Source: Octopus vulgaris
Lineage: Eukaryota
Assembly: GCA_951406725.2 (NCBI GenBank)
Contig: OX597814.1
Span: 210,738,001-210,802,000 of the forward strand
Length of the DNA stretch: 64,000 nt
Direction of reading: 5' to 3'
Shown here piece after piece: positions 55,255 to 64,000 of the stretch (position 1 is its first letter; each line of letters begins with the position of its first letter). The notes beneath the pieces are model-generated. The model was not told the DNA's origin, did not search any database, and was given only the letters and a program-made list of their open reading frames with translations. The position numbers and the translations under genes are program-made.

Positions 55255-55445
55255 AATAATAAAAGGGTAAAATTAATTGATTATTAATTAATTTTACCAA
55301 TTAGTGTTCAGTATGTAAAAATACCATTTACGGTATATTTAAAACATTACGTTATATAATTAGGGTTCAGTAAAATAATTTACTTGACCACACACCAAAC
55401 TTTTAGAAAAAGCAGCCAAAAAAATCTTAGCTATTTCCTCTACTA
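55251..55445 (-). mobile_element. Fragment of the 52.2-52.8 kb element family, spanning its end-to-start junction
   Basis: 55251-55330 is similar to the reverse complement of 52248-52330; 55358-55445 is similar to the reverse complement of 52724-52808. Confidence 0.65.
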
Positions 55446-55533
55446 TAAGAAAAGTCTTCCAGACAATGTTTACTCAAAAATAACTCACTAATTATATAAA
55501 ATAATGTTTCATATATATATTTATATATATATA

Positions 55534-55626
<93 letters not shown>

Positions 55627-56206
55627 GCTGGATGTTGTTTCAATATGAATGTTATTTCGGTTGACATCAGTTGATACGATATTTGCTATCAAGCTATCAA
55701 GCATGAATAAGTTTCTCTTAAGGTTTCACAATGGCTCGCCACATGAAATCATCTGCTAATAGGGCGTGAATCTTCATCACATGTTGTTCCTAATGTCTGT
55801 CAAATTATATTTAGTTATTTTCAATACAATACAATCTGCAGAATATTTCAATAGGTGTATATTTTCTTGAGTTTGTTTGAATCGTGACATTTACAAGGCA
55901 AATATATAGCAATGTTTCAAAAATGATATTTAAGTTACTTCAGCGTGTTTTAATGTAGGTATCTCTCCTTCATTGTTGAAGGAAAATTGACATAGATTCC
56001 TGAAATGGAAATAATTAGATTTTTAACTTACATTTTCTAACCTCAATGGACACAGGAAATATTTTTTAGCAGATCACATTTGCAATTTGAAATGGAAAGC
56101 AACATAATTTTTATCTGTTTCTAACACCGGGGAATATATCCAATGAATTTATAATTCTTTCTATACTTGCAAACAGTTTGTTTGTGGAAGTGCTGTCCAA
56201 TGCATG

Positions 56207-56381
56207 ATTTGCATACCAAACGTTAATAGACTTCTGGAGTCATCACGAAAGAATGCACACCGTTAGAGGGCCTTTTATACAGCGCACACACCCTTCTCAC
56301 GGATATCACTCTCCGCCCACTCGGTCGACTGTCCTGCCCTCGATATTGAGTCCTTGCCATGATCATTAGCAGCATGCAAAT
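56207..56381 (-). promoter_or_regulatory. Candidate Pol II core promoter
   Basis: Locally GC/CpG-richer unique block with minus-strand GGGCGG (56313-56318), TATAAAAG (56272-56279), Inr-like GCATTC (~56251-56256) and octamers ATGCAAAT at 56374-56381 (+) and 56207-56214 (-). Confidence 0.35.
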
Positions 56382-57986
56382 TGTGCAGATTAGACTTGCT
56401 ATATAGGCAAATATGTACCTGCAGTAAACCTTCTCCAGCCAGGATTCATCAGCCCAATTTGAAATAGAAGTAACTGCATTACTAAAGTCATTTATTGTGT
56501 TAAGACCAGGAGATACATTTTACTAGCATCAATTAAATAGGTAATTAATTATAAATGTAAAGAGTCGCTTAGCTAGAATGGAGTTATCGCTTCCTTCATC
56601 CATATATACTTAAAAGAAAGAGCAAAGATGCAGTTCACTTTTGATCCCTTTACTGAAACTAATGAAATCAATATATAACATCTGCATTGACTAGTATGTA
56701 CCTTTGTTCTGATGTAGCAAATTAAACATTTTCGTGGTGAAATAAAATTGTTGTTAAACGTTTATGTAATGTCATCTATTGCTGAGTCAAACATCATATA
56801 CAGAATATATACTGAGTTAGAAACTACTGCTTTGTGCCTTTGCCTCATAGAAGTGCGTGCAGTATCAATAAAAGTAGAAAGAGTTTTAAAATGTTCACTG
56901 ACAACTACAAAAGAAGTAGGAACCATGTTATTTTTGTATATGTTAGATGCAATTATGAGAAAAAGAATTTGAGGTGCATGGCAAATTTTAATCATGTAAA
57001 AGGAAATATATGTACAGACAAATAGGAAACATTAACCATATTTTAAAACCCCAAAATTAGATAGAAGGGAAAAAAAGTATATGGATACGTCTGAAAGAAA
57101 ATTATTTCATGATCACATCAATGAAAATCGATAAGACTGAAACTAAAGGGACTATTAGTCGGGCCGTTTCTTTAGTGAATATAAATGGTTTGCTGAAGAA
57201 CGAAAATTAAAAATTAAGTAAAGAATCTAAAGATAAGGAAAGTAAAATAAGAAGTATGCGTAAAATTTTGAACATTTTAAAACGAACATAATTACAAGTA
57301 TATTAGTCTGATATTCATCAATTTCGTTTAGTATATACGTTGCATTAATCTTATATAAAAGAAAGATTGTATTATAAGTGCCACGATATAATAAGCGACG
57401 TTTAATGCACTCTGAATATAAGACGAGCGAAGGGAAGGTTTACTCTTCATCAATAGTGTTCTGATTGCTTTTAACCAATAGTTATTTTCAGAATTACCTG
57501 TGAATCAATATGCTGATTGCTGGCGATAATACAAGGAATATCCACCGAACCTACTATTTCACTAATCAAAATTTATAGTTTCAGAACTGTGAACATTACT
57601 TTTGGAAATGTCCTATTTAATGAAGACTACGATATTATATTGAAAAAATAAAACGAAAAGAGAAAAGCTACACATAAATTTATATTCACATTATCTTTAG
57701 AAATGCATTTACAAAATCGCACAAACACATATACATACGCACATTTTGAAAGATTAGCTTCTAGTTCTAAAACTAGTTTAACCACTCAGATCGACTCGAT
57801 TGAAATGCTCTTTTACATTTGCTCATAGCATGAATATACTAACATATACCTACACATATCTACATTAATAAGAACGATACAGTCATCTCCCTTTCCTTAT
57901 CTCCTGCTGGCATTTTTGCTAATATATAAATACAGGAGTACAGATATGCATACAAATGTAGGCATACCTATATGACTGTGTGTGCG

Positions 57987-58028
<42 letters not shown>

Positions 58029-58134
58029 CGCGCACGCAGATATATATTTTGTGCGTGTGTATGTGTGGGTGCGTGTGTGTGAGTGTGTATGCATGTCTGT
58101 ATACATAAACTTAGATAGACTTAGATGTTTCGAC

Positions 58135-59000
58135 TAAAGGTTGGTCCAGGCCCTGTTCAACTGAGTAGCACCACCTGGTATGATTATCTAAATCCCTTTT
58201 TAAGTCAAGTTTTGTGCTATCACGGTTCATTCAAGTAGTGAGTCGCTGTTGAGTTAGTTGTATCCAGGTATAGGTGGCTTAGCTGGTATTCCTTGAAGAG
58301 ATTTGTCCAGCCTCCGTTTAAAGGTGATGGATCTTTTCCATTTTGATCAGTTTTGGGACAATGCTAAACAGAGCAGGGCCTCTTGAGGAAACGGAATTGT
58401 GTCGCAGCGTACCTATATGTTCTGATCCTGAATTGGGAAGGGGACGTATGGCCCGTGGTCCAAGCCTTGGATGAACCTTGAAGCTAATGTTCAGGTCATT
58501 TGGACAAAGATGGTGGTATATTCTCAACATCGGGAAAATGAGGTACTGCTCGCGGCGGTGCTGGAGAGAGTAGAGTTTCAAGACGTTAAAGTGGTCCCAT
58601 TATCAACCTTATTGTTGTTCCTACGAGTTATATCAACCTCTAACTGAGATTGTTATCAACAATTAGTTCTAGGTCTCTGATATTATTAGTTGTGAGCGCT
58701 TCCCCTGAAGGAAGAGAGTATGGCTGTTTTAGTATTGCCTTTCTTCCGAAAGGCATCAGCTCAAATTTTTCCTCGTTTAGTTGGATTTTTTTTTTTGTTT
58801 TCCTATTGACTCACCGCATATAGATCAGACTGGAGTTGTGTTCAACCTTCTTTTTCATTGATGATTTGCTGGAGCTTAGTGTCATCAGCAACTATTTTAA
58901 CTTTGCAGTGTTTTACGACGCTGGAAAGGTCGTTTATAAAGATTATAAAGAGGAGCGGGACCAAGACATTCCCTGAGAGGCACGACTTTCTTGTTTCTGA
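58135..59000 (-). mobile_element. Decayed CR1-group LINE 3' fragment
   Basis: Minus-strand GNVLVPLLFIIFINDL..KIVADDTKL, LKLYSLQHRREQY, RGPALFSIVP, FKRRLDKSLQGIP. Confidence 0.85.
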
Positions 59001-59853
59001 CGTTGGGCAGTAGAGGAGATGCCATTGTGTCTTATATGTTGAACAACTCTGGTATCAGCATTATTTTTATAAATTCAAGTTTCAGAGATATGTGGAATGT
59101 GTGTGTTTGTGTGTTTGCGTGTACGTGTGTGTATATGCATACCTATATTCCAATTTGTACGAAGCTCTGCTGCATTTAATTATGGAAATATTATTGGAAC
59201 CTAGGGACATATTTACAAAATATAATGTCACAATGATATTTTAATTTAATATCAAATATAACGACGAACAAGGCCATATATTGCTGCTAGTATAACATTC
59301 ATTTCTTATTTGGAACATAGGCTTTCTACATAACTGAAGATAAATTTTAACGGATGTGCGTAAGCAATCAAAATCGAAAACCATACTATCGCTTAGAAAT
59401 AGATAAATATAATTCAATAGACTGCTACTCTATGAATCTCGTATACATTTGATTTAAAAGTATAATTCATGTGATTATAAATTGTAAAATTACCTGTGGC
59501 TTAGCACTTAGTACATGCTGAATGATAAGATCCGCTCACAACGGTGTAGTTTATCCAGGTACCGATCATCCGCAGTCTCATCATTATTCTTTTTAAAACC
59601 TTTAGAGCTTTCATAAGATTTTAGCAATTATATACGAGATGACCGGACACAGGGTGCTTCTATTCAAATATATTTTATTTTCAAGATGCTGGAAAATGAC
59701 TTCCACTATTCTTAGTACTTCTAGCTGTCCTTTGGATCACATAAAGACGTCCTTTCTCTTTTGTTGTTCTTCCTATATTTATCTTTTATTTTGTAAACAT
59801 ATAGAACCACTCTTCTAAGGAAAGTTTCCAGTGGTAACAATAACAACGGTTAT

Positions 59854-59911
59854 TATTTTTGCAGTTGCTGTTCTAGTCTAAATATTTTTGCAGTTGCTGT
59901 TCTAGTCTAAA
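59854..59911. repeat. Perfect 29-bp tandem duplication
   Basis: TATTTTTGCAGTTGCTGTTCTAGTCTAAA x2. Confidence 0.9.
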
Positions 59912-59931
59912 TACACATGCACACCGACCGG

Positions 59932-60745
<814 letters not shown>

Positions 60746-61540
60746 ATTATGAAAATTAAATGCAGGCACTGGAGCAAAGCATATGTTTGGATGCAATCAC
60801 ATCTAGATGGAAGTCGATGAGATGAGGTCTATTTTGAATATTTACAGACTCCAATTTTCAGAAGCAGGAGGGTGCCAAAATTTTGATACAAATGATACAA
60901 AGCCCATTTTCATGTGACAAACGGCACATTTCCTTTTCCTGATCTCTTTAATGATCTACAATCTAGGGTTCTAGATTATTGAATATGGCAAGTGTATTAT
61001 ACTTGGTAGATAATCAATATGATGAACAGACTGGAAGTATGTGAGATTTTTATTTTCTATGTTTTTTCATTCGTATATCTGACAATGACACAGTCCAAGT
61101 TTGTTTCAATCCTTTATATATTTGTATTCGTATCCGTATGACTTCTTTACAACTGTTCCATGGATATAACTGTTAACTAATGAAAAACCTCGGTAAAGTA
61201 ATTAACATTCATTTCAATGCATTTGACATTACATAACGCCTTGGTAAGCAAGGCACATTGTTATATCCGACTTCTCTATATTTTATATCTAATATATCTA
61301 ATAATACTGGAATAATTACAATATCAAGCTATGTTCCAACGAATGGTTATTTTAATTCTGCTAATTTTCACTTTCAATGTTATAAGTAAAATCGATAATT
61401 CATTATCAATTACATTACAAGAGACTAAGACTAATTCCTGGAAAAAAAGTGATAGCGTTGCAATTAGAATGGGAGATATGCTTCATGAATACTAATATCT
61501 TTTGAAATATTTATATACACATATATATGCATATATGCAC

Positions 61541-61572
<32 letters not shown>

Positions 61573-61770
61573 AGTTGGATGTATACATACATTTGCATGT
61601 ATATGTATATGTGTGTGTGTGAATGTATATATATATATATATATGTATACATATGTATGCATATTGTATATTTATGTGTGTGTCTACGTATGCGTGCGTA
61701 TGCATATGAATATGTCACACTTCCTAGGGCTTCCTATATCTGTAAAAATGTTTCTTTGATGGATGTTGTT

Positions 61771-61858
61771 TATATCTTTCCTGATGAGATTGAAGCAGAG
61801 CTGACCACAGTTTGGACGTATTTTGAATGCATTCATCGAAGCTTATGTAGAAGATATG
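61771..61858 (+). ncRNA. Degenerate type I hammerhead-like motif
   Basis: tatatctttc-CTGATGA-gattgaagca...tgcattcatc-GAAG-cttatg-TA-gaagatatg; directly followed by (TA)n. Confidence 0.5.
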
Positions 61859-61859
61859 A

Positions 61860-61913
<54 letters not shown>

Positions 61914-61941
61914 AATTTGTGCTGCTTTTAAATAAATTATA

Positions 61942-61977
<36 letters not shown>

Positions 61978-64000
61978 CATATGCATATACTACGTGTTCA
62001 TAAGTGTCTGCATGTATGAATTTATTTATGCATGCATATATACTCCCCCATCTACTAGTTGGCGTTTGATTAACTGAAGCTGGCGGATTCGCCATGGGAA
62101 TATATAAGATCGACTTTCGCTTTACAATTACAATATATGCAGACGAACATATACAGAAAGAGAAAGAGAAAGTGAGAATGAAAAATGAGAGAGGGAAGGG
62201 GAGACAGAGAGTATAGAAGAAGCAGGGAAAGATTCACTTACGAATAGACCGCAGTACAGAGAGGGGTTTAATAATATATGTACTCTTTTCGGTAGAAATG
62301 TAAACACATTTTGTTGCTTAAACAGTCTCATTAATAAGGTAGATCTCTAAATGACATTTTTTCAATCATTAATCTATTTCTTATAAACAAACAAACGACT
62401 GTCTTGTCTACTCCCTGACGTATGTTTCTTATTGTAAACATAATACTTATCAAAGGACAGAAAACACTATATATGAACAAAAAGTACACCAACGCACGAA
62501 ATGATTAGTACAGGATAACAAAATACAGTGATAAACATGTAAAATTAGAAAAAAAATACGGATGGGACGTATAATGTAATTGCTTTAATACATTATGTTT
62601 TCACTTCATTTACTTTCAAAATGTCAAGCGAAAGATATACACAAGAAAACTGCATGTTTAGTTCTCGAAGCTTTCAAGAAAATTAGGTTTGCTTTACAAG
62701 TATAATTCCTGAAAATTCATTAGTATTATAAGTAAATATAATGAAATTCCATATGATGGAATACGTACAGAGACCGGAAATGGGAATTTTGATGAGAATC
62801 AAATTAATTCTATGTGGCAAGCTACCATGAATGTCAATCACTACGTCTCTGTTGAGTTAGACATGATAGTTTACTGCCAGTAGAGTGGTAGGTTATACAA
62901 CACCATTAGGAAATTAGACGCCAGATGTGAGTTGTGTGGGTCATTATGAGGTGGTATTGTTGTATTAATTTTTTTTATATGAAATGAGAAAAACAAATTA
63001 AAATCATTGGATAGAAAATAAAGAAACCTTTTGTATAATTTTGGAAACTGAATAAAGATTTTACCGAGAGAGCTAGACAGAATTCTTAGAATGCGAAAAG
63101 ATGTTCAAATAAACAATATCAAATGAATAAGAATGCTTTTAATATTCTTGTCTCAACGTGCATATTAACTAATGCAGTTCACGAAAGTACATATAAACTT
63201 GTTCTGCTATTATATGTAGGAAGTTTTTTTTTTAGTGGCTCTTATGGGAAGAAATTCAATTTTCCAACGTGAAACTACATATTATTTTTTTATGGGATTC
63301 AATGGATCTGTTGCTCATATAAATCGTAATACCAACAAATATGTGTAATGTAAACTATAAACGAAACATTTTTTCAGCATTACATCATTTAATGTTTGAC
63401 ATAGTATGGCATACAGCATAATATGACACATCTCGCTACGATATATATTGATAGCATGAGAATTAAGATTAATGCATTCGAAATATCGAACCGTCACTAT
63501 ATAACTCGGATGTCAAAGCCCAATTGAACCATCAATTAACACAATGCCAGTAGTGGGAAGGATGTGTAAATTTAAAAAAAGGTTATTCTTTAGATAAGGT
63601 TAATGATTTACAGAGAAACGTATCAATAGGGATTTCCAAACTAATACTAACGTCATAAATACTGAATATTAATTCTAAAATAATAATGTGAAACACTATA
63701 TATACTGTCTATCTAAACAATTTATGACTCATGAAGCTTCCATTAATATTAACATACACCTACATACCGATATATGCTACGGCTCATTTTTCATATTATA
63801 CAAAACTATAATTTAAACTGATTAATTAAAATCTTGTTTCCTCCAGGTAAATATTAATATACTCCAAAACTTGTGCTTGACTCACTTCCGTCAGTTGTGA
63901 ATATTTCCACCAACAGAGATTTGTTTATTTGAATTTGACGATTTATAACCCACGCATAATTTTGCTATTATCATGAGATCACGAGACAAATAATCAGTTG

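Overview
This is AT-rich, microsatellite-saturated eukaryotic DNA. The SINE families resemble those I recall from Octopus (coleoid cephalopod) genomes; that assignment is from memory and unverified. I cannot support any host protein-coding gene, and most entries in the ORF track are translations of (TA)n, (CA)n and (TATC)n tracts. The window is intergenic or intronic and is filled with mobile elements: a young 5'-truncated Penelope-like element (PLE; RT + GIY-YIG, Neptune-type) with an inverted copy of its 3' end, RTE, CR1 and R4/Dong-type LINE remnants, a decayed full-length mariner, a non-autonomous Helitron, three tRNA-derived SINE families, and a (TAA)n-embedded non-coding element with a 14x18-bp terminal array. 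The most striking signal, found by manual folding, is about 15 type I hammerhead-ribozyme (HHR)-like motifs from roughly 10 apparently different short non-coding element families. Most have a palindromic helix III and lie next to (TA)n tracts. They occur in inverted, tandem and in one case circularly permuted arrangements, which suggests a PLE/retrozyme-like population. A possible TATA/GC-box/octamer promoter lies on the minus strand near 56.3 kb.
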